Below are positions 16,953 through 27,355 of a stretch of DNA of 64,000 nt, in pieces. The notes under the pieces were generated by a model, which had not been told where the DNA came from, ran no database searches, and saw only the letters and a list, made by a program, of their open reading frames with translations. This DNA comes from Thermoplasmatota archaeon (lineage in GTDB: Archaea > Thermoplasmatota > Thermoplasmata > UBA10834): contig JBFMHR010000001.1 in assembly GCA_040751795.1 (NCBI GenBank), positions 416,001-480,000 on the forward strand, given 5' to 3'. How positions within the stretch are numbered: the first letter of the stretch is position 1; each line of letters opens with the position of its first letter. Position numbers and translations under genes: made by a program.

Positions 16953-17450
16953 ATGAAGCCGGTGCTGCTCGTGATAGACGTCCAGAACTTCGTCCTGGAC
17001 ATGTACCCCGGATACTCCGACTCGGTGAAGAAGCACGCGAAGACGATGAACGACGCGATAGCGCTGTTCAGGGCGAAGGGGCTGCCCCTCGTGGTCGTGT
17101 ACCACGAGGACAGGGAGCTAGGCCCCAGGCCCGGGACTAGGGCGTTCGCGTTCCACGAGTCCATCGACGTGAGGGACTCGGACCCCAGGGTGGTCAAGAA
17201 CTACCCCAACGGGTTCAACAAGACATCTTTGGCCGATACGCTGAAGGGGATGGGCTGCGACACGGTGTTCATCGTGGGGCTGAGCGCGGTGGGGTGCGCC
17301 ATGGCGACCTACCACGGCGCGATAGACCTCGACCTGGAGCCCTACTTCGTGCAGGACGGGGTCGCCGCCGACACCGAGGAGCACGTCCGGATGGCGGAGG
17401 AGATCTGCAGGACCATAAATATGGACGAGCTGGGCCGGAAGCTGGGCTGA
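16953..17450 (+). CDS. Isochorismatase-family cysteine hydrolase
   Basis: LLVIDVQN, K-x3-GF-x2-T-x-L, GLSAVGC. Confidence 0.9.
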   Translation: MKPVLLVIDVQNFVLDMYPGYSDSVKKHAKTMNDAIALFRAKGLPLVVVYHEDRELGPRPGTRAFAFHESIDVRDSDPRVVKNYPNGFNKTSLADTLKGMGCDTVFIVGLSAVGCAMATYHGAIDLDLEPYFVQDGVAADTEEHVRMAEEICRTINMDELGRKLG

Positions 17451-17469
17451 GGCGCTGGGCCGGGCCGGC

Positions 17470-18174
17470 TCAGTCCGGCGGAGGCGGCGGAGGCTCCTCT
17501 TCCGCGACCGCACTCGGCGCCTGCTGCGGCGGCGCAGCATAGGCGGGGTACGCGGGACCCGGCGCCGGGCCGCTCGCGGGGACCGGCCCCGCTGGCACCG
17601 CCATCATCTCGAGGTTCGGAGGGCACATTATCCTCATGCCCGCCTTCAGGCCGCGGTTGTTCACAGCGATGGCGGCCTTCATCCTCGGGACGCAGACCAC
17701 GCTCGTCGGCTGGCCCTCGGCGATCAGGCCCTCGAGGCCCCTCATCTGGATGATGGATACCGGCCCGACGGTCCAGGTCAGGCCCTTGCCCCTCGTCATG
17801 CTCCTGTACGCCGGGGCGAGGACCTCCACCACGGTGCCGTCCGCCAGGGTCTGCGCGAGCTTCCTCCTGAGCACGACGGCGTTCACGGACATCCCGACGG
17901 CCACGAGCCCGAAGACGATCATGAACACCGAGAGCACCGTCGACAGGGTGTCGTAGGTGATCGCATCGGTGATGAGCGACGGGAGCACGTAGGTGCTCAG
18001 TATGAACATCAGGAGGCACCCCACGGCTATCGCCCTGAGCCCGTTCTGCAGGACCCTGTAGAACCTGCCGGGGAGCGCCCTCTCCGCGTCCGTCAGCGGC
18101 CTCCTGACGATCTGCATGTTGAATGCCGGCGCCTGGTAGCCGGGGTACTGCTGCGGGTAGTTCATCGAGTTCAT
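17470..18174 (-). CDS. Two-TM membrane protein with Pro-rich tail
   Basis: Two hydrophobic helices, PPPPP C-terminus, translationally adjacent to upstream gene. Confidence 0.75.
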   Translation of the reverse strand: MNSMNYPQQYPGYQAPAFNMQIVRRPLTDAERALPGRFYRVLQNGLRAIAVGCLLMFILSTYVLPSLITDAITYDTLSTVLSVFMIVFGLVAVGMSVNAVVLRRKLAQTLADGTVVEVLAPAYRSMTRGKGLTWTVGPVSIIQMRGLEGLIAEGQPTSVVCVPRMKAAIAVNNRGLKAGMRIMCPPNLEMMAVPAGPVPASGPAPGPAYPAYAAPPQQAPSAVAEEEPPPPPPD

Positions 18175-18178
18175 CCCC

Positions 18179-19090
18179 TCAGCCCCCCGGCGGCGCCCTG
18201 TTGCACCCTGGGCAGGACCATCCCGCCGCCGTGAATATGAGCGTCGAGCCGCAGCTGGGGCATGTGCGCTTGGACAGGGTGTCGGTGCTGTGCACGTCCG
18301 TCGGGCGAACCTGGGTCTGGGCGCCCATCTGGACGTTGGGGAACTGGATCGGGTCGAACTGCATGGGCATCCTGGCGACCTCGGGCAGAGGCCTGGTGAC
18401 CCCGCCCCTCTGGTCCGCCATGGAGCTCAGACGGTGGTCCACGACCACGGACTGCGACGGTGCGTACGGCGTGCCTAGGACGGTCTGGTTCCTTGGCAGT
18501 ATGGACCCGCCCATGTCCCTCGGCGGGGGCAGGAGCGAGACCGCGAAGCCGACCAGGAAGCCGCCGATCGCAGCGGCGCCGGCGATCCCCGCGATGCCGG
18601 GGACGCCGAACGTCGAGGTGCCGCCGCCGGTCTTGATGACGTCCATCTCCCAGCTGTTCGTCACATATGAGATGTCGACGTAGCTGCCGCTTCCGAAGAT
18701 CCTGTTGCCGTCCAGGGTCACGGGCAGGTTGTAGACGCCGCCGTAGTTGTCGTAGATGGTGATGGTGATTGATGTCCCGGAGATCCCCCAGTCGAGGTCG
18801 ACCGTCTGCGAGTCACCAATGACATCCGCCGGGTTTATCCAGCCGTCCATGTGGACGACCACGTCGGTGCACTGCAGCCAGAGGTAGCCGCTGCCGTCGG
18901 GGTTGAGCGTGAGCTCGGCGTCGTAGGTGAAGTCCGCGGGGTAGGTGCTGTCGAAGTAGCCCTCGTCGGGCACGGTCGACGTGTATACGCCGGGCGCGTC
19001 CGCGGCGACCCCTTCGGAAAGGGCCACGAGCGAGAGGATGGAGAACACGGTCGCCGAGAGCACGAGACCAAGGCACCTATTCTTAGACAT
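18179..19090 (-). CDS. Single-pass membrane protein with C-terminal zinc ribbon
   Basis: Signal peptide, extracellular beta domain, TM, CPSC...CPGC. Confidence 0.8.
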   Translation of the reverse strand: MSKNRCLGLVLSATVFSILSLVALSEGVAADAPGVYTSTVPDEGYFDSTYPADFTYDAELTLNPDGSGYLWLQCTDVVVHMDGWINPADVIGDSQTVDLDWGISGTSITITIYDNYGGVYNLPVTLDGNRIFGSGSYVDISYVTNSWEMDVIKTGGGTSTFGVPGIAGIAGAAAIGGFLVGFAVSLLPPPRDMGGSILPRNQTVLGTPYAPSQSVVVDHRLSSMADQRGGVTRPLPEVARMPMQFDPIQFPNVQMGAQTQVRPTDVHSTDTLSKRTCPSCGSTLIFTAAGWSCPGCNRAPPGG

Positions 19091-19210
19091 GGAATACCTC
19101 CATGGATCTTGTCCCTTCTGGTTGGCCCGTCATAGACTCGAGGCCGTATATACGGGGTGACTCGCCCATATCAGGGGTGATAACGACTCCCGATGAAGCG
19201 GCTGGCAGGG

Positions 19211-20344
19211 TCAGTTCCCCGTCCACACCGGTGCGGTCCACGCCGTGAGCCCTTCGACGATTCCGTTCAGCGGCGAGGCGGTCGTCACGCGCACGAAGAA
19301 GTACCTCGGCGCGCCCTCCCCGCTCAGCTCTATCTCCATGTCGGAGAAGCTGTTGCCGTCCGGCTCGCAGCTCCAGACCGTCACGTTGTGGTCCGACACT
19401 ATCTCGATGAGCGTGATATCGTCGCCCAGGACGTCGGGGTCGGACACCTGCAGGGACGCCGTGTAGCCCGCAGCGCCCGGGTCGGTCAGGTTCGAGCCCA
19501 TGACCGCGCCGTCCACCTCGAACCGTATCTCGAGGTTCGAGTCCAGGGTCGCATAGCCCCTCCCGGCCCTCATCGCGTCGTAGAGGTCGTCGCGCGTGAG
19601 GCTCGGCGCCAGCAGGACGGTCCTGATCCCCAGCGTGGATATCCAGGTCCCGTAGTGGTCGTCCTCGGTCGCTGTGGGCATCATGTGCCATCCCGCATCG
19701 AGCGCTTTGACGTAGCTCTCGTCGCGGTAGCCCCAGTTGTAGCACTCGAGCATGCCCATGCCCGCGTCCCTCTCCTCGGTGCAGAAGTCGAACTGGAAGT
19801 AGTCCCAGGCCACGGGGCACCCGTACGACAGGGGGTGGTTCCACTGGCCGATGGCGCCCGGTTCCTGGGCGATCCAGTCGTAGAGCCACGGGAGGAAGGA
19901 CCCGCCTGTCATCCTCGTGCCCTCGTAGTAGGCGTTGGGGGCGAGGCCCGGCGGCGGGGCCATCGTCCTCGTGCCGTAGATGTTGAGCTCGTTGATCCCG
20001 GTCAGGTAGTACTCGTAGCCCGCCATGGCGACGAACTCCCCGTCGATGTTGTTCCCGTCCGCGGACTCCAGTAGCGCCTCCCACTCGGCGTCGTTGAGCT
20101 GGAAGTAGTGGTCCGTGACGGCGAGGAAGTCGGCCCTCTCGCGCGCGTACGCGTACGCGTCGTCCGGGAGGGCGGTGCCGTCCGAGTACGACGTGTGCGA
20201 GTGCAGGTCGCCGAAGTAGAGGTTGTAGACGACCTCGTCCGTCCGCGCCTCGTCCCCGATGACTGCTCCGCAGAAGAGGCAGGGCCCCACCATGGCGATC
20301 ACGACTGCAAGCGAGAAGGCTGAGTATCCCTTCCTGAGCATCAT
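19211..20344 (-). CDS. Secreted PHP-domain (CehA/McbA-like) metallohydrolase
   Basis: FGDLHSHTSYSDG, VTDH, GYE, NHP, DDH, C-terminal AWTAPVW. Confidence 0.88.
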   Translation of the reverse strand: MMLRKGYSAFSLAVVIAMVGPCLFCGAVIGDEARTDEVVYNLYFGDLHSHTSYSDGTALPDDAYAYARERADFLAVTDHYFQLNDAEWEALLESADGNNIDGEFVAMAGYEYYLTGINELNIYGTRTMAPPPGLAPNAYYEGTRMTGGSFLPWLYDWIAQEPGAIGQWNHPLSYGCPVAWDYFQFDFCTEERDAGMGMLECYNWGYRDESYVKALDAGWHMMPTATEDDHYGTWISTLGIRTVLLAPSLTRDDLYDAMRAGRGYATLDSNLEIRFEVDGAVMGSNLTDPGAAGYTASLQVSDPDVLGDDITLIEIVSDHNVTVWSCEPDGNSFSDMEIELSGEGAPRYFFVRVTTASPLNGIVEGLTAWTAPVWTGN

Positions 20345-20426
20345 GCCCTTTCGTCCCCCCGATTACGCCCGGAGGGGTATCCCTGACAGCTCTATTTATG
20401 GATACTGACTCCCCCTCCTCAGGGGG

Positions 20427-21074
20427 TCACGCGCGCTTCCGACGCCTCCAGAACCCGAGGCCGCTGTCCACAGTGTAAGGGGGCGTGTCGTTGTCGGTCC
20501 TGAGCTCGTCCTTCGCCGCGACCTTCGCCCTCCCCGGACCCATCGGTCCGTCCCCCTGGCCTCGGGCCCCGCCGGGCCACCCGCGGGGCGGCTCGCCGAA
20601 CTGGATCTCCAGGCAGCCGCCGGCGCAGTCGGACAGGCCCAGCGCCGAGATGTCATCGTCGCTCAGCTCGACCTCGAAGGACCTGATGTCCGGCGACATG
20701 CGGACGATCATCGGACGGGTCCGGCTCCCGCACCTGACGACGACCTCCTTCCCCGGGCGGGCGTTCACCTTCTCCATCATGAAGGGCGAGACGCCGACGA
20801 CGCCCTTCGGGATCGCGCCCGACGCGACGACGTCGGCCGTCCTGAAGGACCAGAAGTCCGCGGCGTTCCCGAAGGCACCCTCCGTGACGTGCGTGTTCGA
20901 CTGCACCATGGCGCCCCCGATGGCGGCGCGCGAGCGCAGTTCCTGCACGAGCCCCTCCGCCGCCTCCCGGCCGCCCCACTCCCGCCTGTGGGCCGTGTCG
21001 CCCTGCCCGTCGCGCACGGCGACGTCGAAGCTGTCGACCTTCCCGCGCCTCCTCCTGCCGAACAACGGGGCCAT
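20427..21074 (-). CDS. Hypothetical protein with possible CDC48-N-like double-psi barrel
   Basis: VGVSPFMMEKVNARPGKEVVV...VELSDDDISALGL pattern. Confidence 0.6.
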   Translation of the reverse strand: MAPLFGRRRRGKVDSFDVAVRDGQGDTAHRREWGGREAAEGLVQELRSRAAIGGAMVQSNTHVTEGAFGNAADFWSFRTADVVASGAIPKGVVGVSPFMMEKVNARPGKEVVVRCGSRTRPMIVRMSPDIRSFEVELSDDDISALGLSDCAGGCLEIQFGEPPRGWPGGARGQGDGPMGPGRAKVAAKDELRTDNDTPPYTVDSGLGFWRRRKRA

Positions 21075-21224
21075 CCCCTGACCATCCTCCCCGGGGACAG
21101 ATATCGCTGCCCCGACATAAGACGCTGCCTAGAGGACGCGCGGCGGAAGCCTGGGGGCCACGGACACGCTTAAGCCGCGGCACGCGCCTTCCGGTCTCGT
21201 GGGTGGTCGGGCCTGAGGGGAGGC

Positions 21225-21458
21225 GTGGACAGCGACACGGCAGACCTGCTGAGGGGCGCGCGGGCGGACGCGAGGGAGTCGTTCTACCGTCCGTCGGGCG
21301 TGAGGACCTGCGTCATCGCCCTGCTGGCGGCGCTGTCCATGGCCGTCTCGGTCGTGGGGCTGCTCGCGGAGGACCCGCTGAGGCTCGTGCTGGTCCTCGG
21401 CGGGGCCTTCGGGATGGTGACGGCCGCGGCCTGGTTCACCTGGCGCAGCGCGGTGTGA
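21225..21458 (+). CDS. Small two-TM membrane protein
   Basis: GGAGG RBS, GTG start, two hydrophobic helices. Confidence 0.6.
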   Translation: MDSDTADLLRGARADARESFYRPSGVRTCVIALLAALSMAVSVVGLLAEDPLRLVLVLGGAFGMVTAAAWFTWRSAV

Positions 21459-21476
21459 CACGGGAGGGGGGTCGAC

Positions 21477-21983
21477 ATGAAGTGCGGATTCTGCGGGGCC
21501 GAGAACCCCGACGGTGCGAGGAACTGCTCGGTGTGCCAGATGGGCATGGGATACACCGCCAAGAGCCCTCAGGAGTCGTTCAGGCGCAAGCCGGAGTTCC
21601 ACCCGCGCTCAACGCGCATGGTCCCCGACTCCAGGACCATGCTGCCCGTCGGGGCGGGCGGGATACTCATACTGAACGCGGTCTTCGCCCTCAGCGGCCT
21701 CATGGTCGGGAACGTGGCCGTCCTGGACGAACACCCGGAACTCTCGGAGCAGCTCCTGGTCGCCGACCTCATTTTCGGCGGGCTGGCTGTGCTGGTTCTC
21801 CTGGCCGGGGCGCTGGTCATCATGAGGAGGGCGTGGGGGCTCGGGGTCGTCGCCTCGATCGTCTCGTTCTTCATGGCGCTGATGTTCGGCCTGTTCTGCG
21901 GGATCACCCAGGCCTTCGTCGCGGTCGCGGCGATGGTCCTGCTGTTCCTCTCGAGGGACGAGTTCCGCAGGCAGAGGGCCTAG
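21477..21983 (+). CDS. Zinc-ribbon membrane protein
   Basis: CGFC...CSVC N-terminus, then four TM segments. Confidence 0.85.
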   Translation: MKCGFCGAENPDGARNCSVCQMGMGYTAKSPQESFRRKPEFHPRSTRMVPDSRTMLPVGAGGILILNAVFALSGLMVGNVAVLDEHPELSEQLLVADLIFGGLAVLVLLAGALVIMRRAWGLGVVASIVSFFMALMFGLFCGITQAFVAVAAMVLLFLSRDEFRRQRA

Positions 21984-22082
21984 AGGGCTGAAGTCGCCTG
22001 CCACCCTTAAGTAAGCCCGGGACAATCCAGGGGCGTCCAGGAGTGGCCCATGAGCCCTCTCCGGGACCGACAGGTGGGGAAC

Positions 22083-23291
22083 ATGAAGGCAGTCATAGTG
22101 GGAGTGGGAGCGGTGGGCTCGGTGGTCGCCGACCTCCTTACGAGGTCGGAGGAGTACGACGAGGTCGTCGTCGGGGACATAGACCTCGAGAGGGCCAAGG
22201 CCATGGAGAGGCGGCTGTCGAGCGACAAGGCCTCCGCGGCGAGGATAGACGCGTCGGACACCGAGGGCATGGCCAGGGCGTTCAAGGGGGCGGACCTCGT
22301 CGTCAACGGCGTCATACCGAAGTTCAACTTCAACATCATGGACGCGTGCCTCGCGGCGAAGGCGAACTACGCCGACATGGCGAGCGACATATTCCTCTCG
22401 AAGGAGAGGCCGGGGGAGGTCGTCAAGGAGCCGCCGATCCAGTGGGAGATAGCGAAGTACACGGCGGCGTACGAGAAGGCGGGCATCATTGGCATGCTCG
22501 GCCTCGGCTGCGAGCCCGGGATCGCCAACGTCTTCGCGCGCCTGGCCGCGGACAAGATGGACACGGTCAAGGACATACTCATCAGGGACGGCGACACCGG
22601 CCAGATAGAGGGGTACGAGTTCGCGCCGCTCTGGTCGCCCCAGACGCTCATAGAGGAGGTCCTCATGCCCGCGATGGTCTACAAGGACGGGGCGTACAGG
22701 AAGGTCAAGCCCTTCAGCGGGAAGGAGCAGTTCGAGTTCCCGTCGCCCGTCGGGACCCTCCCGATCTACAACGTCGACCACGAGGAGCAGGAGACCCTCC
22801 CGACGTACATCGGGGAGGTCCTCGGCAAGGGGTGCGAGTACTGCGACTTCAAGCTCGCCCTCGGGGACGAGTACGTGGAGACCATACGGACGGTCGGCAG
22901 GCTGGGGATGCACAGCTCCGAGAAGATCGACGTCAAGGGGGCCAAGGTGGCGCCGATAGACGTCGTCTCGGCCTGCATACCCGACCCGGCCGCGATCGGG
23001 GACAGGGCGACCGGGGAGTTCACCGCTGTGAACGTGACCACCGGCACCAAGGACGGCAAGGACGTCGGGTACAGGATCCACACATACATGAACCACAAGG
23101 ACTGCTGGAACACGCATGGCCACAGCGCGACCGCGTACACCGTCGGGGCGCCGATGGCGATAGGTGCCATCCTGATGGCCCGCGGGCAGATATCCCAGAA
23201 GGGCGTGTTCCCACCGGAGATGCTCGACGCCAAGCCGATCGTCGACATGCTCCCCGAGTTCGGCATGAACTGCATCGTCACGAAGCTCTGA
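22083..23291 (+). CDS. Saccharopine dehydrogenase family (carboxyspermidine dehydrogenase-like)
   Basis: GVGAVG Rossmann motif, NYADMA, GLGCEPG, HEE, GVFPPE. Confidence 0.9.
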   Translation: MKAVIVGVGAVGSVVADLLTRSEEYDEVVVGDIDLERAKAMERRLSSDKASAARIDASDTEGMARAFKGADLVVNGVIPKFNFNIMDACLAAKANYADMASDIFLSKERPGEVVKEPPIQWEIAKYTAAYEKAGIIGMLGLGCEPGIANVFARLAADKMDTVKDILIRDGDTGQIEGYEFAPLWSPQTLIEEVLMPAMVYKDGAYRKVKPFSGKEQFEFPSPVGTLPIYNVDHEEQETLPTYIGEVLGKGCEYCDFKLALGDEYVETIRTVGRLGMHSSEKIDVKGAKVAPIDVVSACIPDPAAIGDRATGEFTAVNVTTGTKDGKDVGYRIHTYMNHKDCWNTHGHSATAYTVGAPMAIGAILMARGQISQKGVFPPEMLDAKPIVDMLPEFGMNCIVTKL

Positions 23292-23374
23292 GCGGGTCCG
23301 CGCCGAACATGTCTGCCGCGAACTGCTAATATTGCGGAGACCCCTGCACCACGTCGGTTCAGGAGGAGTTCGGA

Positions 23375-24892
23375 ATGGCCGCAGCAAAGGGACGGAGGAA
23401 GGGCCTCACCACAGCCTTCGGGAGGCCCGTGGGAGACGACCAGAACAGCGAGACCGCGGGCCCCAGGGGCCCGGTGCTCGTGCAGGACACGCACCTGCTC
23501 GAGAAGCTGGGGCACTTCGACCGCGAGCGCATACCCGAGCGCGTCGTGCACGCGAAGGGCGCGGGCGCGCACGGGTACTTCGAGGTCACGGCGGACGTGA
23601 CGAGGTACACGAAGGCGAAGTTCCTCTCGAAGGTCGGCAAGAGGACCGACGTGTTCGTGAGGTTCTCCACCGTCGGCGGTGAGAGGGGCTCCGCGGACGC
23701 GGAACGGGACCCGAGGGGTTTCGCCGTCAAGTTCTACACCGAGGAGGGCAACTACGACCTCGTCGGGAACAACACCCCCGTGTTCTTCATCAGGGACCCG
23801 CTCAAGTTCCCCGACTTCATACACACTCAGAAGCGCAACCCGAGGACCAACCTCAAGGACCCCGACATGTTCTGGGACTTCCTGTCCCTGACGCCCGAGT
23901 CGGTCCACCAGGTCACCATCCTCTTCTCCGACAGGGGCACCCCCGCGACCTTCAGGAACATGAACGGCTACAGCAGCCACACCTACCTGTGGTACAACGG
24001 GAAGGGGGAGCGGTTCTGGGTGCAGTACCACCTCAAGACGGACCAGGGGATCAGGAACCTCACGAGGCAGGAGGCGGACGCCATGAGGTCGAAGGACCCC
24101 GACCACGCGACGAGGGACCTGCACGACGCCATCGAGCGGGGGGATCATCCATCGTGGACCCTCGAGATGCAGATAATGCCGGCCGACGAGGCCGAGGACT
24201 ACAGGTGGGACGTGCTCGACATCACCAAGGTGTGGCCCCACGGCGACTACCCGACCATGAAGGTCGGGAAGCTGGTCCTGAACAGGAACCCGGTGAACTA
24301 CTTCGCCGAGGTGGAGCAGGCCGCGTTCGCGCCCAGCAACCTCGTCCCCGGGATAGCGCCGTCGCCCGACAAGCTGCTGCAGGGGAGGCTCTTCTCGTAC
24401 CACGACACGCACCTGCACAGGCTGGGCCCGAACTACCACCTCATCCCCGTGAACGCGCCGAAGAACGCGCCGGAGGCGAGCTACCAGAGGGACGGCCCGA
24501 TGAGGGTCGACTCCGGGGGAGGTCCGGGCCCGAACTACTGGCCCAACAGCATGGGCGGACCCGGGCCTGACGCGGCCGCCATGGACCCTGCCTCCGACCT
24601 GTCGGGGAAAGCGGCCAGGCAGCCCTACTCCCACCCCAACGACGACTTCGTCCAGCCTGGGGCGCTGTACAGGAAGGTCATGACGGAGACCGACAGGGAG
24701 CACCTGGTGGGGAACATCGTCGCCCACCTGGGCGGCGCGCAGAAGCGCATCCAGCTGAGGCAGGCGGCCCTGTTCTTCAAGGTGGACCCGGACTACGGCC
24801 GCAGGGTGGCAAAGGGGCTAGGCCTCAGCGTCAAGGAGGTCGAGGGGCTCGCGAAGATGTCGCAGGAGGACCGCGTCAAGGCGACGAGCTGA
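23375..24892 (+). CDS. katA: Monofunctional heme catalase (small subunit)
   Basis: [38 protein letters not shown]. Confidence 0.97.
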   Translation: MAAAKGRRKGLTTAFGRPVGDDQNSETAGPRGPVLVQDTHLLEKLGHFDRERIPERVVHAKGAGAHGYFEVTADVTRYTKAKFLSKVGKRTDVFVRFSTVGGERGSADAERDPRGFAVKFYTEEGNYDLVGNNTPVFFIRDPLKFPDFIHTQKRNPRTNLKDPDMFWDFLSLTPESVHQVTILFSDRGTPATFRNMNGYSSHTYLWYNGKGERFWVQYHLKTDQGIRNLTRQEADAMRSKDPDHATRDLHDAIERGDHPSWTLEMQIMPADEAEDYRWDVLDITKVWPHGDYPTMKVGKLVLNRNPVNYFAEVEQAAFAPSNLVPGIAPSPDKLLQGRLFSYHDTHLHRLGPNYHLIPVNAPKNAPEASYQRDGPMRVDSGGGPGPNYWPNSMGGPGPDAAAMDPASDLSGKAARQPYSHPNDDFVQPGALYRKVMTETDREHLVGNIVAHLGGAQKRIQLRQAALFFKVDPDYGRRVAKGLGLSVKEVEGLAKMSQEDRVKATS

Positions 24893-24931
24893 CGCTGCGC
24901 GACCGCCCGGCCCTCAGGGACCTCGCCCGCT

Positions 24932-26455
24932 CTACGACGACAGTCCGAGTATGAACCCGTACGCCTCCAGCCCGAGGGCCGTGTCGGAGTCGAACAGCGC
25001 GGAGACGGCTCCTTCCATGTCTCCGGACGCGAGCGCATCCTCGGCCAAGTCCTCCGCCTCCGCATTCGCCTCGAAGGCCCCGGCCTCCCACCCGCCCAGC
25101 ACCGGCGCGAGCTCTATCCATGCGGCGAAGGTGCCCTCCCTGAGCAGGCTCGCGGCCTTCCACACGGTGCCGTCGGCGTAGGCCGAGAGCGCATCCGCGA
25201 GCTCCTCTGGCCGCTGCATCAGCCCGTTGTGCAGCGGGAAGTAGGGCGTGTAGCCCGGACAGTTGATTGAAGTCCACATGACGGACATGGTCTCCGGGTG
25301 CACGGGGTCTATCTCGAAGACGCCCGCCGCCACCGTCCTTATGTTGCAGATCGAGAAGCCGGGCCACCCGAAGCCCCATGTGCCCCACGGCATCTCGGGG
25401 TGGGCGTCTATGACCTCCTGCGGCTGCGAGCATCCCCAGTCGTCCACGTCCCTGGTGAAGGTGGTGAGCTCCTGCGCGCTGACGACGTCCCCGCTGCCGT
25501 GAAGCAGCTCGTAGGCCCGGTCCATCCTCGAGACCGATGGCACCCAGAAGTACCCGAAGTCGTCGTTCACGACCCAGTCGAAGAACGGGTCGAGGATGTA
25601 GTGGTTCGTGTGCACCGCGACGCCGTCTGTGATCCTCGCCCACGTGGTGTCCTCGCCGTCGCCGAAGGAGTAGCATGACGACACGGCCTCTATGAACGCG
25701 GCCTCGTCCCTGTCCGCGACCATCACGCTCGTGCCTCCGTACTTGTCGACGGCGCTAACGAGTTCGATGGACTCGTCCACGTCCGCGCACATCTCGAGCA
25801 CGTGCCTGTTGAGCGGGTTCTCGTCCCAGCCGCCCTCGAAGTACTCCGGCACCGGCACCCAGTTGTTGCCGTCCGCGAGTCCTTCATCGTTGATGCCGAA
25901 CGATATCCCCCAGTCGCCCGCTCCCGCGACGGCGATGAAGCCGTGCTTGCCGTCGATCGGCTCCACGATGAGCAGGACGTTGGGCGCGTTGGCGTCCCTG
26001 GTCTTGGACGCCAGGGTGTTCCCGCTCTCCGAGCCGGAGCCCACCGCGACGACGATCGTGCAGCCGTCGTGCGACCTGACGGACGAGCCGAACATGTTCA
26101 TGGCCATGAGCTCGCCGAAGTCCACGCCCGCGGCCTCGGCCATGGCGCGTATCTCCGTGACCATGTGCTCGGGCATCGACGGTGAGAGCTCAACGGCCCT
26201 CGCGGCCATGGCGCCCCTGTCCATGCCCTTCGACCTCGCCTCGGCCCAGAACGCTCCGAGGTTGTCCCTGATCATCGGGCCGACCGCCTCTCCGTAGGCG
26301 GTCCCCCGCTCCTCGTGCGTCCCCGAAAGGACCACGACGGGCATCCCGTCAACCGTCGGGAGGGCGTCATCGCCCTCCGCGCCGGCCGGCACGAAAACCG
26401 TCAGGCTCAACGCGATCGCAATGCATGCAACCAGAGAAGTGACTGACCCCCTCAT
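24932..26455 (-). CDS. Secreted C45/Ntn-hydrolase family peptidase
   Basis: Signal peptide, LSGTHEERG, HDGCT nucleophile, GINDEGL, HTNHY. Confidence 0.85.
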   Translation of the reverse strand: MRGSVTSLVACIAIALSLTVFVPAGAEGDDALPTVDGMPVVVLSGTHEERGTAYGEAVGPMIRDNLGAFWAEARSKGMDRGAMAARAVELSPSMPEHMVTEIRAMAEAAGVDFGELMAMNMFGSSVRSHDGCTIVVAVGSGSESGNTLASKTRDANAPNVLLIVEPIDGKHGFIAVAGAGDWGISFGINDEGLADGNNWVPVPEYFEGGWDENPLNRHVLEMCADVDESIELVSAVDKYGGTSVMVADRDEAAFIEAVSSCYSFGDGEDTTWARITDGVAVHTNHYILDPFFDWVVNDDFGYFWVPSVSRMDRAYELLHGSGDVVSAQELTTFTRDVDDWGCSQPQEVIDAHPEMPWGTWGFGWPGFSICNIRTVAAGVFEIDPVHPETMSVMWTSINCPGYTPYFPLHNGLMQRPEELADALSAYADGTVWKAASLLREGTFAAWIELAPVLGGWEAGAFEANAEAEDLAEDALASGDMEGAVSALFDSDTALGLEAYGFILGLSS

Positions 26456-26537
26456 CCCGACGTCCCCCCGTCGCGGGAGGCACCGACCCGTCCGGCCGGG
26501 CCGCCCGCGCTCGGCACCCCGACCGCGTTACAGCCTA

Positions 26538-26883
26538 GAAATCGGTTGCGGTCAGGATCTCGAGGCCACCTGTCCGCGGCGAGGGGATGGCGCTCGGACG
26601 CAGAGAAGCCCTTAAGCCGCCGGGAGCGGTTCGGAGTACGGATACGGCCATGAAGTGCGCGAACTGCGGCTCGGAGAACCCCGAGGGGAAGAAGTTCTGC
26701 GGCGACTGCGGCAAGGAGCTTGCGGAGGCCCCCGCGGCGCCCGAGGGGGACGCGGGGAGGAAGTGCAGCTCCTGCGGCCGAGCCCTCGAGATGGAGACCA
26801 ACGTCTGCCCCTACTGCGGACGATGGGTGAAACGGTCCATGTTCGGGTAATGGCAGCGCCGCAGGCCGGAAATCGGTTGCGGT
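26538..26883 (+). repeat. 15-bp direct repeat GAAATCGGTTGCGGT flanking a small gene
   Basis: Exact copies at 26538-26552 and 26869-26883. Confidence 0.75.
26650..26850 (+). CDS. Double zinc-ribbon protein
   Basis: Four CxxC pairs; ends RSMFG. Confidence 0.85.
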   Translation: MKCANCGSENPEGKKFCGDCGKELAEAPAAPEGDAGRKCSSCGRALEMETNVCPYCGRWVKRSMFG

Positions 26884-26899
26884 TTGCATCGGACGGCCC

Positions 26900-27355
26900 T
26901 CAGCCGAACATCGGGTCCCTGGTGCGACTCTTGTGCGGAGCTGCCCCCGAATCCGCCGGCTGCGGACCCTGGGGCTCCCCGCTGGGGCAAGGTCCGTCCG
27001 CGCAGGGCCCTTCGGGCCCCAGCAATGCGCGCGGCCTCCCCCCGTCGGCCGAGCGCTTCCTGTTGTACCTCTCGAGCTCGTCGAGGACCTGGTCCGCGCC
27101 CCAGAATCCGAATGTCCCCCTGGCCATAGAGAGCATGTCCAGCATGCCCGCGACGTACGAGTTGCTCGCGACCTCCTCGCTGGGGGACTCCTCGATTCCC
27201 TGCCTGTTCTCGCGGATGAAGCGCCTCGTGCTCACCGCAACCGCCGCCCGCGCCCTGAGCGCGTGCTCCTCCCAGGTGTCGGACTGCCTGGCCGCCCGCG
27301 AGGATCTCCTGGCCTTCCCCTTCCTCACCCCTGCCTTGCTCCTGCCCCCTGACAT
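26900..27355 (-). CDS. Hypothetical protein ending DPMFG
   Basis: GGAG RBS, ATG at 27355, helical core, low-complexity linker. Confidence 0.65.
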   Translation of the reverse strand: MSGGRSKAGVRKGKARRSSRAARQSDTWEEHALRARAAVAVSTRRFIRENRQGIEESPSEEVASNSYVAGMLDMLSMARGTFGFWGADQVLDELERYNRKRSADGGRPRALLGPEGPCADGPCPSGEPQGPQPADSGAAPHKSRTRDPMFG

